Positions 39,512 to 49,622 of a stretch of DNA of 64,000 bases are shown here, one piece after another (the first letter of the stretch is position 1; each line of letters opens with the position of its first letter). This DNA is from a virus. The notes below the pieces were generated by a model. It saw only the letters and a list, made by a program, of their open reading frames with translations, made no database searches and was not told where the DNA came from. The DNA is taken from IMG/VR virus record IMGVR_UViG_3300038427_000078, one strand, 5' to 3'. Both the position numbers and the translations under genes were made by a program.

Positions 39512-42039
39512 TGGCATTCACAAAGTATTGCTCCGTGCAGGATGCGCAAGTCCTTGATGTCAAGGGATCTGCAACACGCCTGCACCTAGCCACACTCGAC
39601 AAGGTAGGGGACTACTCCAACTACCGCACGGGCGATGGCTACATGTATGTCCGCTTGCGTGCCATCTCCTCCCGCGTGAACAAGAACCACGACGGGTGGC
39701 CGAGCATCGAGCTTGCCGGTGGACCGAAGGTCTTCGAGCGTGTGTCCAGGCAGTCAAGCACCGGCTATACGCTGGCCGCTAAGGACGGTGACCCGGAGTA
39801 CGGATTCGCCACCTTCCTTGGCAAGCCGAACTTCATCGATCACAACAACAGCGACCCGGAGCGTTCACGCGGTGTCATCGTAGACTCGAAGTGCCGCGTC
39901 CTCCCGATGGAGCACCTAGCGTCCTTCGGTGACGACTACTGGACCAGCGGCACCGCTGACCCGGAGCACCTACCTCCAACCGAGATTGAACTCCTCATCG
40001 AGATTGACGCTCACCAGTTCCCGAAATACGCCAGCGCCGTTCGCAAAGGTGAAATCGATGGCTTCTCGATGGGCTGCGACGTTGACGAGTCCAAGTGCTC
40101 ACACTGCGGACACGTCGCGACCAACCCGACCGAGTATTGCTCGCACATCTTGATGAAGGGTGCCCACCACGACTTCAAGACTGCGGACGGGCAGCGCATC
40201 TCCAAGAAGAGCTACGAGAACTGCTACGGCATCAAGTTCTTCGAGATTAGCGCCGTGTTCGAACCAGCCGACGAGACAGCACTCGCCCGCGAGGTTGTCG
40301 CTGCCATCCAGACCGAGGGTATGCGCAAGGGCGCACCGGATCCTGGTGACGACACCTACTTCGGCGGCGAGGCCGGATCATCCCGCAAGGCTTACGACGC
40401 CATGATCAAAGAGTACGGTCATGAGAAGGGCGAGGAGGTCTACTACGCCACTCGCAACAAGAAGAAAGGCAAACACGCCCACCGCCTAGCCGAACACCCG
40501 GATCCACAGTCCATGGAGACAAAAGCACCCGACGAGGTTGATACCATGAGGCAGGAGAAAGTCTGCCCTCTCTGTGGTGAGACTATGGAGGGTCACTCAT
40601 GCGACGTGTGTGGTTTCGAGGAACCACCGGAGGGCATGGGCAACCCGGACTTGGAGAAGGCGAAAAAGGTCCGCGAGGAGGCCGCTGAACACGACGAACA
40701 GGAGGAGTTGAACCCTGCTCCTGAATCCCCACCCGGATCTGTGCCACAGCCACAGCCCGGTGGAGCGCCCGTAGGACAGGAAGAGAACGGCCCGCAGCAC
40801 CACCAGCACCCGCCAGCCGGGAGTTTCTTGCAGACTAGAAATCGGCAACCTACTGGCGCAGTAATGAGTGAGATGCGTTGGGCACCAAGAATTGACGAGA
40901 AGTTGGCTGGTCGGATCAACAAACAGGAGGTACCGATCAAAGGAACTCCTGCCCCGACCGGACAGCCGACACAAGTGACTGTCGTCAAGAGTCCAACACA
41001 GCCAGTCACAGCAGCGATGCGAAACGCCCAGGAATTGATCCAGGCAACTAACCAAACAGGAGACACCATCATGAGTACACAGCACACAGCCGATGGTGCC
41101 ACCCCACCGAGTGACACAGCCGCCGACACACGGGTTGACGTGACTGGCGTGGGTGGCGTCATCGAGCCAAGCAACGACGCAGCATCTAAGGCCGACGCAC
41201 AGGTCGATGTCACAGGCATCGGTTCAACCGGCGTCACGGACGTAGAGGCTGACGAGACAGACACGCTCCCGACAGCGAGCGAGACATCCGACGACAGCGG
41301 CTTCAACGAGGACAAGATCATCGAGGCCATTCCGACGAAAACCTACGGCGACAGCGACGGCACGGAGAAAGGGTTTACCGACCCCGTGACCGACACCGCG
41401 TACCCGCAGGACGCAGAGGTCTACAAGGGATCCAAGGTATCGTACGACGCTAAGCCGTTCTACGACCAGCCGGGACTCTCTGGTGGATCAGCGAACAAAG
41501 GCACCGAGCCTTCTGACCCGGTGGGCAAAGCAGAGGACCGTGTAGACGTTCTTCAAGCTGCGGCTACCCCGGAGAACAACTCTGGACCGACGAAGACTTG
41601 GAGCGGCACGGACGGCAACGCCATCTACCGCCAGCAGGATCCGGTCACCAACGAGAGCATCGCTCTCGGTGAGTCGAACGGAAACAACGGCGCGAACTGG
41701 ACAAGTCACGTCGTAGCCTGCCTCAAGCTCGCTGATCTAGAGGTTGACCTTGACCTCACTCCGAAAGAGCAGAAGTACGCTAGGATCGCTGAGCTAGACA
41801 AGCAGAGCGATGCCGAGATTGTCGCGCAGTTCAACATGCTATCGCGTGTACGCACTGCGGGACTCGCCAAGCTAGCCTCTAGGCGTCAGGCAGGAGTCAC
41901 CAAGCTCCCGGCTGCGTTCGGAGGATCTACGGCGGCAGGACGACGCTTCGCAAGCGCGGTCGATGGAGAGCTTATCGAGGATGCACAGCAGCCTCAAGAG
42001 CTAGCCGAGGACCAGCTTGACGCCTCGCTGTTCAGCTAA
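39511..42039 (+). CDS. capsid maturation protease / scaffold fusion
   Basis: RAISSRVNKNHDG...TFLGKPNFIDHNNSD..RSRGVI...GFSMGC..CSHC..YCSH...ENCYG..FFEIS.V.EPAD; directly upstream of capsid genes. Confidence 0.72.
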   Translation: MAFTKYCSVQDAQVLDVKGSATRLHLATLDKVGDYSNYRTGDGYMYVRLRAISSRVNKNHDGWPSIELAGGPKVFERVSRQSSTGYTLAAKDGDPEYGFATFLGKPNFIDHNNSDPERSRGVIVDSKCRVLPMEHLASFGDDYWTSGTADPEHLPPTEIELLIEIDAHQFPKYASAVRKGEIDGFSMGCDVDESKCSHCGHVATNPTEYCSHILMKGAHHDFKTADGQRISKKSYENCYGIKFFEISAVFEPADETALAREVVAAIQTEGMRKGAPDPGDDTYFGGEAGSSRKAYDAMIKEYGHEKGEEVYYATRNKKKGKHAHRLAEHPDPQSMETKAPDEVDTMRQEKVCPLCGETMEGHSCDVCGFEEPPEGMGNPDLEKAKKVREEAAEHDEQEELNPAPESPPGSVPQPQPGGAPVGQEENGPQHHQHPPAGSFLQTRNRQPTGAVMSEMRWAPRIDEKLAGRINKQEVPIKGTPAPTGQPTQVTVVKSPTQPVTAAMRNAQELIQATNQTGDTIMSTQHTADGATPPSDTAADTRVDVTGVGGVIEPSNDAASKADAQVDVTGIGSTGVTDVEADETDTLPTASETSDDSGFNEDKIIEAIPTKTYGDSDGTEKGFTDPVTDTAYPQDAEVYKGSKVSYDAKPFYDQPGLSGGSANKGTEPSDPVGKAEDRVDVLQAAATPENNSGPTKTWSGTDGNAIYRQQDPVTNESIALGESNGNNGANWTSHVVACLKLADLEVDLDLTPKEQKYARIAELDKQSDAEIVAQFNMLSRVRTAGLAKLASRRQAGVTKLPAAFGGSTAAGRRFASAVDGELIEDAQQPQELAEDQLDASLFS

Positions 42040-42137
42040 TCCATTAGCGGCACTTACTTTTTCTGACCCGCCGTCGCGGGAATAGATGAGAAGCATCCAA
42101 TCCCGGACGCTTCGTAGCAACCAAGGATGAAACAAGC

Positions 42138-42764
42138 ATGCAAGTAATTTACGACGATGCGAGTAACGTCAGGTTGACCGCGCAGAAGCGTTTGGTTAGG
42201 GTTGTCTATGGGCAGACGCAGATCACTCCGTATGCCTGTGTTCTAGACCCGTCGCTGCGTAACTCCGAAGGGGCTGTCGAAGTCCCTGGCGAAGCCGCAA
42301 CGAAACCAGTCAAACGCTCGAAAGCCGTCTTCACGTTCAGGAACTCTATCGTACCGGGTACGGTTCTTGTCAAGACGGAAGGCGAGTACGTTGTACCTGC
42401 TGCGGGTAACAAGGCAGATCGTCCCTTCGGCCTCTTGGGTCAATGGGTCGGTGGAACCTTCGACAACCTGAAAGGTACCAACGAGGTTTCAGCATGGCTG
42501 GGACCGGATGGCACCGTGGATCTGTTGAAACCAGCTTTCAACACCACGAACGCCGCAGGCCACTCGATCACTACGACTCTCGCAACGTCGAAGTCGGATC
42601 TAGAAGCCGATACCCGCTACGGAAACGCAGTGGTCGTCGCTGGCGCGAACAGCCTAGTCGAAGTTGTGACTGAGGTCGAAGCGAACAGCGCCGAACAAGT
42701 CGTTATTGGAGATGTAGTCGAACTCCTCAACGCAAATGTCCTACGTCTAAAGCTGAGGATCTGA
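42138..42764 (+). CDS. capsid decoration/cement protein
   Basis: Between protease and capsid gene; IVPGTVLVK...PFGL pattern. Confidence 0.62.
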   Translation: MQVIYDDASNVRLTAQKRLVRVVYGQTQITPYACVLDPSLRNSEGAVEVPGEAATKPVKRSKAVFTFRNSIVPGTVLVKTEGEYVVPAAGNKADRPFGLLGQWVGGTFDNLKGTNEVSAWLGPDGTVDLLKPAFNTTNAAGHSITTTLATSKSDLEADTRYGNAVVVAGANSLVEVVTEVEANSAEQVVIGDVVELLNANVLRLKLRI

Positions 42765-42766
42765 TC

Positions 42767-43867
42767 ATGTCTGATTTCGAGAACTACAGCCGACAGGTAG
42801 TCGCTTCTGGTGACTACGAGGAGAGGCTAAAGGGAACTCCGAAGCTCTCCAAGAAGCAAAAGGTGGGACGCCTAGAAGCAATTCTAGCGGACAAGGGTAA
42901 CGCGATGCGTCGTATCGGTCAGGGAATGATCGGTCCGATTCAGATCCGTTTGAGGTACGAGGGAATCGTGCGCAACGTGCTCGTAGAGGACACGTTGGAG
43001 CGCGGACCGCTCATGCCTTACGACATCCTTGACGATCTAGGTCGCGCGTACGTGCTCAACAGCACGGACGATGAGGTCAAGATCACGCCCTTCGAGGGTA
43101 AGCAGGCATTCCCGTACCTATTCAGGGTTGCCACCTTCCCGCGAGTGCGCAAGGAGGATCTGTACTACCTCCGCGTGAACGCCGTCGAATACGCCCAGGA
43201 CGAATCTCGTCAGGCAATCCAGAAGCAGGAGGACGCACGTCTGGTCCTACTTCTAGAGAACGCCATCACGAACCTCGGTGAAGCCGTATCCGAAGTTGTC
43301 GGTCTAGCGCCGACAGGTGGTCGCGCAGTAGGAATCGCGGAAGGCCCGGTCGGGCACACGAACGAGCACACAGTCTTGATCGGAGCTAACGCCCCGCTTG
43401 AGCCTGCGGACTTCTACAGTGCTGTCACTCAGATCGAAATCAACCAGTTGGAGGCTCGTCGCGTGCTGGCACACCCTGCCGACATTCGTGACCTCTACAA
43501 TTGGGATCTGAACGTCACAGGGTTCCGCTTCAAGGACGAGGTATTCTCAGGAGGACGCATCACATCCTTCGGTGAGTTCCAGATCCAGCGTTCGATCATC
43601 ATCCCGCAAGGAGAGGTCTTCCTCTGCGCCGAGCCGGAGTTCATCGGGGTCTTCCCTGTCATGTACTCTCTCGATGTCGAGGAGAACCACCAAGTAGAGC
43701 AGTTCTACAAGGGATGGGTCATGGACGAGCTTATCGGGATGCTTATCTTGAACCCGCGTGGTTTGAGCCGTATCCTCAAGAGCACGTCAACGGCAGCGCC
43801 GGAAAAGCTCAACATCAGCGGCCTCGGCACTGGTGGACCGGCTGGCCCTGGCGAATGGTCACTCTGA
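42767..43867 (+). CDS. major capsid protein
   Basis: 366 aa; MIGPIQIRLRYEGIVRNVL...FPRVRKEDL...AIQKQED...GWVMDELIGM.ILNPRG; followed by strong terminator. Confidence 0.88.
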   Translation: MSDFENYSRQVVASGDYEERLKGTPKLSKKQKVGRLEAILADKGNAMRRIGQGMIGPIQIRLRYEGIVRNVLVEDTLERGPLMPYDILDDLGRAYVLNSTDDEVKITPFEGKQAFPYLFRVATFPRVRKEDLYYLRVNAVEYAQDESRQAIQKQEDARLVLLLENAITNLGEAVSEVVGLAPTGGRAVGIAEGPVGHTNEHTVLIGANAPLEPADFYSAVTQIEINQLEARRVLAHPADIRDLYNWDLNVTGFRFKDEVFSGGRITSFGEFQIQRSIIIPQGEVFLCAEPEFIGVFPVMYSLDVEENHQVEQFYKGWVMDELIGMLILNPRGLSRILKSTSTAAPEKLNISGLGTGGPAGPGEWSL

Positions 43868-43893
43868 TCCAAGTCAACAACATCGCAGCAACA

Positions 43894-43925
43894 AAGAAAG
43901 GCTCCTTCGGGAGCCTTCTTGTTCA
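43894..43925 (+). terminator. intrinsic terminator after capsid gene
   Basis: AAGGCTCC-TTCG-GGAGCCTT stem followed by CTTGTT. Confidence 0.8.
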
Positions 43926-43949
43926 CCAGAAAGAGGCTCCCGAAGAGGC

Positions 43950-44306
43950 ATGTGGCAACATCGACTATCCAATATCAACGAGAGAACACGCACAGCTTTG
44001 TGTGAGGCATGCGGGCCGACAACCATACGCATTCGCAATAGCTCACGTTCCGGTTCCGCCAAGTGGAAGTGCAATGGTACCCGCTCACGCGAAAAGCGGG
44101 AAAGGAAGAACAACTCCTATCGTCGTCATTGCAAGGATCACTGCGAGCGTTGTCCGTACAAGACACGCGATCCCGTGCTCAGGCGAGATTTAGACGTTCA
44201 TCACAAGGACGGCGATCATTACAACGACGATCCAGCCAATCTCGAAACGCTCTGCGCCAACTGCCATAGGCTCGTCGGAGTAAAGGAGGCTCACTCCAAA
44301 GAGTGA
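43950..44306 (+). CDS. HNH endonuclease
   Basis: CERC...LDVHHKDGDHYNDDPANLETLCANCH. Confidence 0.9.
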   Translation: MWQHRLSNINERTRTALCEACGPTTIRIRNSSRSGSAKWKCNGTRSREKRERKNNSYRRHCKDHCERCPYKTRDPVLRRDLDVHHKDGDHYNDDPANLETLCANCHRLVGVKEAHSKE

Positions 44307-44314
44307 GCCTTCTT
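44283..44314. terminator. probable bidirectional terminator between convergent genes
   Basis: AAGGAGGCTCACTC-CAAA-GAGTGAGCCTTCTT hairpin. Confidence 0.7.
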
Positions 44315-44352
44315 GCCGTTCCGGTTCGTTTAGTTATGAGTTGGAACGCAAG

Positions 44353-44810
44353 TCAAGTCAGCGGATAAGTGATCGTGTCGATGTGGCAGTCGATGTAGTG
44401 TTCGGCTTTGGCTTCGCCTTTGCCGTTGCCCTGTAGAACGAGTTCGCCATTGGTTTTCAAGATGAACGCTTCTGTCCCGTATTCGTTCGTGCTACCCTCT
44501 TCTCCAACGCGGAGGTTGAGGGCTATGTTGTGTCCTGGCCTAACAGCCTCCGGGACGGTGAGGATCAAGGTGTTCGGTCCCTGCATGTTCGGCGTGGTGA
44601 TCCTGCCCGCAGTCGGACCGACTCGCCCTCGATCCTAGCGCCGAGGGTAGCATAGTCTGCATCGCCCTTCGTAGCGCCATCTTCGTAACCCTCGGCTAGC
44701 ACCACAGGCAGCCATGGACCGGGAGTAGCCAGCGCTAGCGCTTCCTTCGCGATGGCTACGGCGTCGTCGGCTACCGCAGTGGGCACGGTCGAAGTCTCAA
44801 ACGTACCCAC
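44353..44810 (-). pseudogene. short fibre-like gene with a single-base frameshift near 44607
   Basis: MGTFETSTVP...ESVRLR joins GRITTPNMQGPNTLILTVPEAVRP if one G is added to CGGG; paralogue of 24418-24906. Confidence 0.65.
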
Positions 44811-44818
44811 GATGCTCC

Positions 44819-45565
44819 TTACAGTTTGCTCAGGTCTGCTTGTAGCAGTTCGACGTTGATGCCGAGGGTGTCTTTCTTGGCCTCAACCAACTGCTGTGGA
44901 ATGACTACCCACGCCTCAGTCAAGTAATGGGCGAGGAACGACGGGGTGACGACGGCGATGCCTCCCCAGGTGGCGCAGTGGAGTCCACCGTTCGGGCCGT
45001 AACCGAGAGCCACGATGCAGTGACCGTCTTCGGTCTGTTCACCCTGGAAAGTCCACGGTTCCCCTTTGGCGAACTGTTCCTGGGCGGTATTCGGGCAGGC
45101 GATGCCCAAGTAAACGGCCCCGGTGAATGCGATGGCCTGGTGCCACTGTAGGAGGCTGGTGGTAGACAGAGGAGCAAACCCGGCGATCTTCGTTCCGAAA
45201 ATCTCTTCCTCGTACCATGTTTTGAGGACGAATTCCTCGTTGAGTCCGGTGTCGCCTCCGCCTGTGAGACTGCGGTACTTGGTTTTGATCTGCGTGTCAG
45301 TCGGTGCAGCATAAGGCTCTTTGAAGAGAATGCTGCCTGCCCGGTTGAGATGATCTAGCCCCGCGATGGTACAGTCGCCTTCTTTTTCGTTGTTGTCCAT
45401 GGGGTACACTTCGATCCCTTGGGTGATCTGTTTCTGACCCGGTACTTCCCATGTCGGAGGCGGTGTTGGGAACGGAGTGGTCTGATAGACCTCAAAGTCC
45501 TTGAACTGCTTAGAGCGCGTTGCTTTGAGCGCGCCAGTCTCGTATTTGCGGGTGGATGTAGTCAT
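44819..45565 (-). CDS. papain-like cysteine peptidase
   Basis: GDCTIAG...GHCIVALGY...ATWG; late motif upstream. Confidence 0.75.
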   Translation of the reverse strand: MTTSTRKYETGALKATRSKQFKDFEVYQTTPFPTPPPTWEVPGQKQITQGIEVYPMDNNEKEGDCTIAGLDHLNRAGSILFKEPYAAPTDTQIKTKYRSLTGGGDTGLNEEFVLKTWYEEEIFGTKIAGFAPLSTTSLLQWHQAIAFTGAVYLGIACPNTAQEQFAKGEPWTFQGEQTEDGHCIVALGYGPNGGLHCATWGGIAVVTPSFLAHYLTEAWVVIPQQLVEAKKDTLGINVELLQADLSKL

Positions 45566-45673
45566 CACCCCTTACGTCACCGAGCACCTGTTTATTGGTG
45601 GTCGCCGTGGTAGAATGTATGAGGGTGCCATGGTGGTGCTCTTGGTCAAGTGAAATATAGGAAGGTGGAACCA

Positions 45674-46570
45674 ATGGCGACAGCCAAAACAACCGCGAAG
45701 CGTAAACCAGCGAAAGCACGCGCTCGCAAACCAGCAGCGAAAGCAGCACCGGCCCCGCAGGTAGAGGTCGAGGAGCAGATTGCTCAAGAGTACGATCCCG
45801 CGTGGCACGCGACCGTAGAAGCCTACGTGACGCTCCGTGACGCAGGAGCGCAGATCCCCGACGCCATCCGCATCCCTGTGGAGAAGTGGCTCAAGGATCA
45901 AGAGGCGAAACTCCGTGTCGAGCAGGCTCGACAGGCGGAGGACGCTGCAAAGCGTCAGAAGGCTGACGAGAAAGGTCCGAAATGGATCCGCAGCAACGTC
46001 ACTAGCGAATTCGTTCTACGCCTCGAACGCCAGGAGGACAAGCGCCGCCGCATCGAGCTAAAGCCTCGCGGCCAGCGCGGAGACTTGTTCCCACTCGAAC
46101 CGGGCGACGAGAAGGACCAGGGTGTCGTCACCAGCGTCAACGCTGGCTACATCGAGCTTATCGGGCAGACCGAGGCCGAAGATGTCATTCAGCACCAGAC
46201 GCAGAACATCCAGCGCGTTCACTCACCGATTGCCGTTCTCACCAACGAGAAGGGCGAACGGCCAGAGGGCGGGTTCAACGTCAAGGTCGAGACTGAGCAC
46301 GGCAAGCAGGGCGTCGTGGTCGGTGTGATCAAGCCAGAGGAATCACAGCGTCACGGGTTGGGTACGATCTACCGTCCCGAGCAGACTCAGCGATTCTTTC
46401 CGACCGGAGGCAACCCGGCTATCGTGTCCAGTGGATACGACCAGCCCGCGTTGGGCAAGGACGCGAAGGCATCCATCCTCGATGACCTAGCCCGTCGCAA
46501 GGGCGTGCAGGGTCGTCCCGAGGACGTGCTGAACCTCAGCGTCACCGTTGAGCCTCCGCAGAGGACTTGA
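45674..46570 (+). CDS. hypothetical protein with basic N-terminus, probably morphogenesis-related
   Basis: Long ORF with typical codon usage between capsid and neck genes. Confidence 0.7.
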   Translation: MATAKTTAKRKPAKARARKPAAKAAPAPQVEVEEQIAQEYDPAWHATVEAYVTLRDAGAQIPDAIRIPVEKWLKDQEAKLRVEQARQAEDAAKRQKADEKGPKWIRSNVTSEFVLRLERQEDKRRRIELKPRGQRGDLFPLEPGDEKDQGVVTSVNAGYIELIGQTEAEDVIQHQTQNIQRVHSPIAVLTNEKGERPEGGFNVKVETEHGKQGVVVGVIKPEESQRHGLGTIYRPEQTQRFFPTGGNPAIVSSGYDQPALGKDAKASILDDLARRKGVQGRPEDVLNLSVTVEPPQRT

Positions 46571-47141
46571 TCATGCGCGAAGTCAAAGTCAACGGGAAAA
46601 CCCCGAAACGGAGTGGACTCACCCGCAAGGAGCAGCTAAGCGGGATCCTTGGTCGTATCCAGAGTGAGTACCGTCGCCGCAAGCGCAAGTTGCAGTGGCA
46701 GCTACTCATCGCGAAAAACCCGAGGAAGGCTCACTACCCGAACTACAAAGGCCAGGAGTACCAGGGACCAGAGGTAGCAGTGAATACCCTGCGTCACGCC
46801 AAGGAGGTCAACGAGCACTACCAGGCGCTCACGCCTCCTGACTTGTCGTTCAAGCAGGGACGCAAGCCATGAACGTCAACGTTCGTCAGTACCTCAGCAA
46901 CTACCAGAGTTGGGAGCACATGGACCACGACGAACACATGGCATGGCTAGTGCGGCCTCTATCCAGGTGGTCGAAGATCCAGATCAAACTCCGCAAAATG
47001 AAGTGGGCCTTCAACACATGGCGTCAGCTACGCCAGCTTGACTACGAATGCAAGCACGAAGACCCGAAGGGCGGCGCTGACGAAGTGCTGTTCCTGCGGA
47101 GCCGTTGCACCCTAGAGCCTGAGCACAAGACTCAGGCGTAA
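46567..47141 (+). other. two small basic hypothetical genes (46567-46872, 46869-47141)
   Basis: Coupled ORFs. Confidence 0.55.
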
Positions 47142-47575
47142 ACGTCAACCGATGGCTGCGGCTGTTCTTGGCCGTACGCCATCGGATCGACTACCGGCAT
47201 AGGAGCCGGTTCAAGGAACTGCGGGTGTGCGCCCATGTTCGGTACATGCTTGCGATTCGGTACAGTCCACGACTGGACGCCTTTGTCGCCGGTCTTGGAT
47301 GCACCGATGGCCGGGTGATTCGTCATCTCTCCGACGTGGGTGGCAAGCTGCTTGACGAAGCCGTCCACCATCGGATCATCCTCTGCTTGAGTGACTAGGT
47401 GATGGACCGGGCCGTAGCTGTGCTGGTGCGGTCCCTCGATCCAACTCTCATGAAAGAGTCGGGGGTACTGAGCTAGGAGCCACTGGTGCGCTGCCTGCGG
47501 AAATTCCGGGTGCATCGGCTGACCCAGGTGATCCTGCGCCGGGATCTGCACTCGGTAGGTCGCTTGCTGTGCCAT
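47132..47575 (-). CDS. hypothetical late protein (Gln/His/Pro-rich)
   Basis: GTAA-TAGA-CG-ATG motif upstream. Confidence 0.65.
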   Translation of the reverse strand: MAQQATYRVQIPAQDHLGQPMHPEFPQAAHQWLLAQYPRLFHESWIEGPHQHSYGPVHHLVTQAEDDPMVDGFVKQLATHVGEMTNHPAIGASKTGDKGVQSWTVPNRKHVPNMGAHPQFLEPAPMPVVDPMAYGQEQPQPSVDVYA

Positions 47576-47921
47576 CGTCTATTACAGTACCGTGTTCCTC
47601 GTAATGACAGTTGGCACAGAGGAGAGTACACTTCTCTGCCTCTTCGCGACCTTTCTTAGTATTGAATGTAGTCGCGCTAATGTGGAGGACTTTGGTGCTT
47701 TTGTCTCTATGATGGAAATGAAGCGCTCGCGCACAGCGTTTGTAGTGGCACAATAGACATCCTCGCTCTAGCTTGTACGCATTGAACTCATCCTGACGGC
47801 GCTTGTTATGCTTAGCGACCAAGGCGCGTTCCGCAGGAAGGGTTCGATAGCGAGCGCGTTTCCTGGCGCATTCTCGCTCACGATTTTCGGCGTAATACTT
47901 AGCTCTGTTTGTCGGCATCAT
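47448..47921 (-). CDS. HNH homing endonuclease (C-terminal tail overlaps next gene)
   Basis: CLLC...ALHFHHRD..K...EAEKCTLLCANCH. Confidence 0.85.
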   Translation of the reverse strand: MMPTNRAKYYAENRERECARKRARYRTLPAERALVAKHNKRRQDEFNAYKLERGCLLCHYKRCARALHFHHRDKSTKVLHISATTFNTKKGREEAEKCTLLCANCHYEEHGTVIDDGTASDLPSADPGAGSPGSADAPGISAGSAPVAPSSVPPTLS

Positions 47922-48417
47922 CGTAGAGGCGAGAACGCCAGCCATGTTCGGGGTCGTAGTATTCATCCAACATTTTCTGTAGGATGGCTTCCTCGCAGTA
48001 GTTGTAGGTGCCGTCCGGACGCTTGGGGTGAGCGCGTGTCTCCTGCACCGTTCGAGCGAGCAGCGAGCGAAGCTCCATTTCACTCCACTCTCGCTTGCGA
48101 GACATGCCCATCAGTTCGCCAAGATGACCAGGCCCGCGTTGAGCGTGTGCCACTCAACATCAGGGATGAAGGTGTAGGGCAGGTTGTGTACCTGGCAGTA
48201 CACTTGTGCCGCGAGGCGAAGCTGCTGTCGGCTCAGGAGCATCGGGAACATCAGCGCCTCCCGTGCTTTTCAGCAGCTTCCCGCTGCCGTTGATCTAGGG
48301 TCTTGCCGTGCGCCAAGCGGCGCTGCTCCCACCAGCCCTCGATGTCGAAGTGAAACCAGAGGGCCAGTGAGAGCATGTTGCCGATGAAGGAGGCAACGAC
48401 TGCGAGCAAGAGTGTGA

Positions 48418-48906
48418 TCACTCGCCGTCATCCCCGCCACCACTGAACGAGTCGTCCCCACCGCCATCGTCGCCTGACGAGTCATCACTGCCCGAGTTGT
48501 CGCTTGGAGAGTCAGACTGATCGTCGCTTGGAGGAAGGTCCGAGGGATCATCTGCTTCCTCTGAACTCTTCGTCGCTTCGTCCGACTGGTCGAGTTCGTC
48601 CTTGGACGCACCCTCTTCTGTCGGCGTGGATGATGTGGTCGGGACTTCCGACTTGTACGTCGGAGCCGTCGCGTAGTTGTTGTTGTTGATCACCGTGGAG
48701 TTCTGCTGGCTCAGCAGAAGATACCACCACACGACCGGGATCCACTCGCCTTCGCGTCCACCGCTGCTTGCGGTCTGCTTGCACTTCGCGGCGTGCGGTT
48801 TGCACACAGGAACGCTTGACGTGTTGCTTCCGCCGCAGGCTGTCAGGCCGATGGCGATCACCAACGCTATCGCACAGAGTGCGATCACTGCATAGAGCCG
48901 TTTCAT
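48418..48906 (-). CDS. lipoprotein with acidic Ser/Asp/Gly tail
   Basis: Signal peptide MKRLYAVIALCAIALVIAIG with lipobox LTAC. Confidence 0.72.
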   Translation of the reverse strand: MKRLYAVIALCAIALVIAIGLTACGGSNTSSVPVCKPHAAKCKQTASSGGREGEWIPVVWWYLLLSQQNSTVINNNNYATAPTYKSEVPTTSSTPTEEGASKDELDQSDEATKSSEEADDPSDLPPSDDQSDSPSDNSGSDDSSGDDGGGDDSFSGGGDDGE

Positions 48907-49084
48907 ACTATGAATTTCACCCCCTCGTATAGTCCGATTCCGCCCCAAAGGATGATGTTCCCGAAGACGATGAACTGCGCAAGCAGCGTGATCCACGCTG
49001 ACTGCGAGTAGGTGCAAGTCACCTTGTCACCTGCGGACTGCCGAGTCGTGTAGATAGGCAGCGATTGCCCGATACCCTTGAGCA

Positions 49085-49435
49085 TCAGCCCACCAACGTC
49101 ACAAGTGCGAGGGTGGACAAGAGCGCAATCCCGATAGCGATGGGCACCTTGTGGTACCAGTGCGAGCAGAACGTCGCCGCATAGAACCCACCGGCGTCAG
49201 CGATGCCGTCGAAGTAGATGTGCTGCGTGTAGAGCCTGAGCGACGGAACTCCGTGGATTTCGTTCAGGTTGAACAGTGGCGAGAAGATCCCCGCCAGCGC
49301 GATCAGCACTAGGACGATGGGGAAGATAGCCCGCTTTGGCACCTGCCAACGTGCGATACGTACATGGCCGTGAAGAAGGGTAGTGGGGATGGACTGTCTG
49401 ATCTGCATCAGATGCTCCGCTCCACGACGCGCCAA
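49085..49435 (-). CDS. membrane protein
   Basis: Two to three hydrophobic segments. Confidence 0.55.
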   Translation of the reverse strand: MARRGAEHLMQIRQSIPTTLLHGHVRIARWQVPKRAIFPIVLVLIALAGIFSPLFNLNEIHGVPSLRLYTQHIYFDGIADAGGFYAATFCSHWYHKVPIAIGIALLSTLALVTLVG

Positions 49436-49593
49436 CGGCGGAAGGGTCGTGCGGAGCGCTTGACCAAGATGTCGATGCGCTGGTTCCCGCTGCTACGGCC
49501 TGCTTTGAGGTTGGCCTCTGCTTTCGCCGCGTGGTGTTCCGCGATGCGTCGGGTCAGGTGGTATGAGCGGGTGTGCTGTGCCATGATGTCGGT

Positions 49594-49622
49594 ATCGTAG
49601 CAGCCTGTCAGCAACTTGTCAA
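49594..49622 (-). promoter_or_regulatory. SigA-type promoter
   Basis: TTGACA-17nt-TACGAT with TG extension upstream of ATG 49584. Confidence 0.7.

Noticed and set aside
39098-39540. Resemblance of endonuclease VII start MATKVCS to protease start MAFTKYCS as a duplicated N-terminus
   Set aside because: TKxCxxC is a generic start for these endonucleases; the match is too short to support
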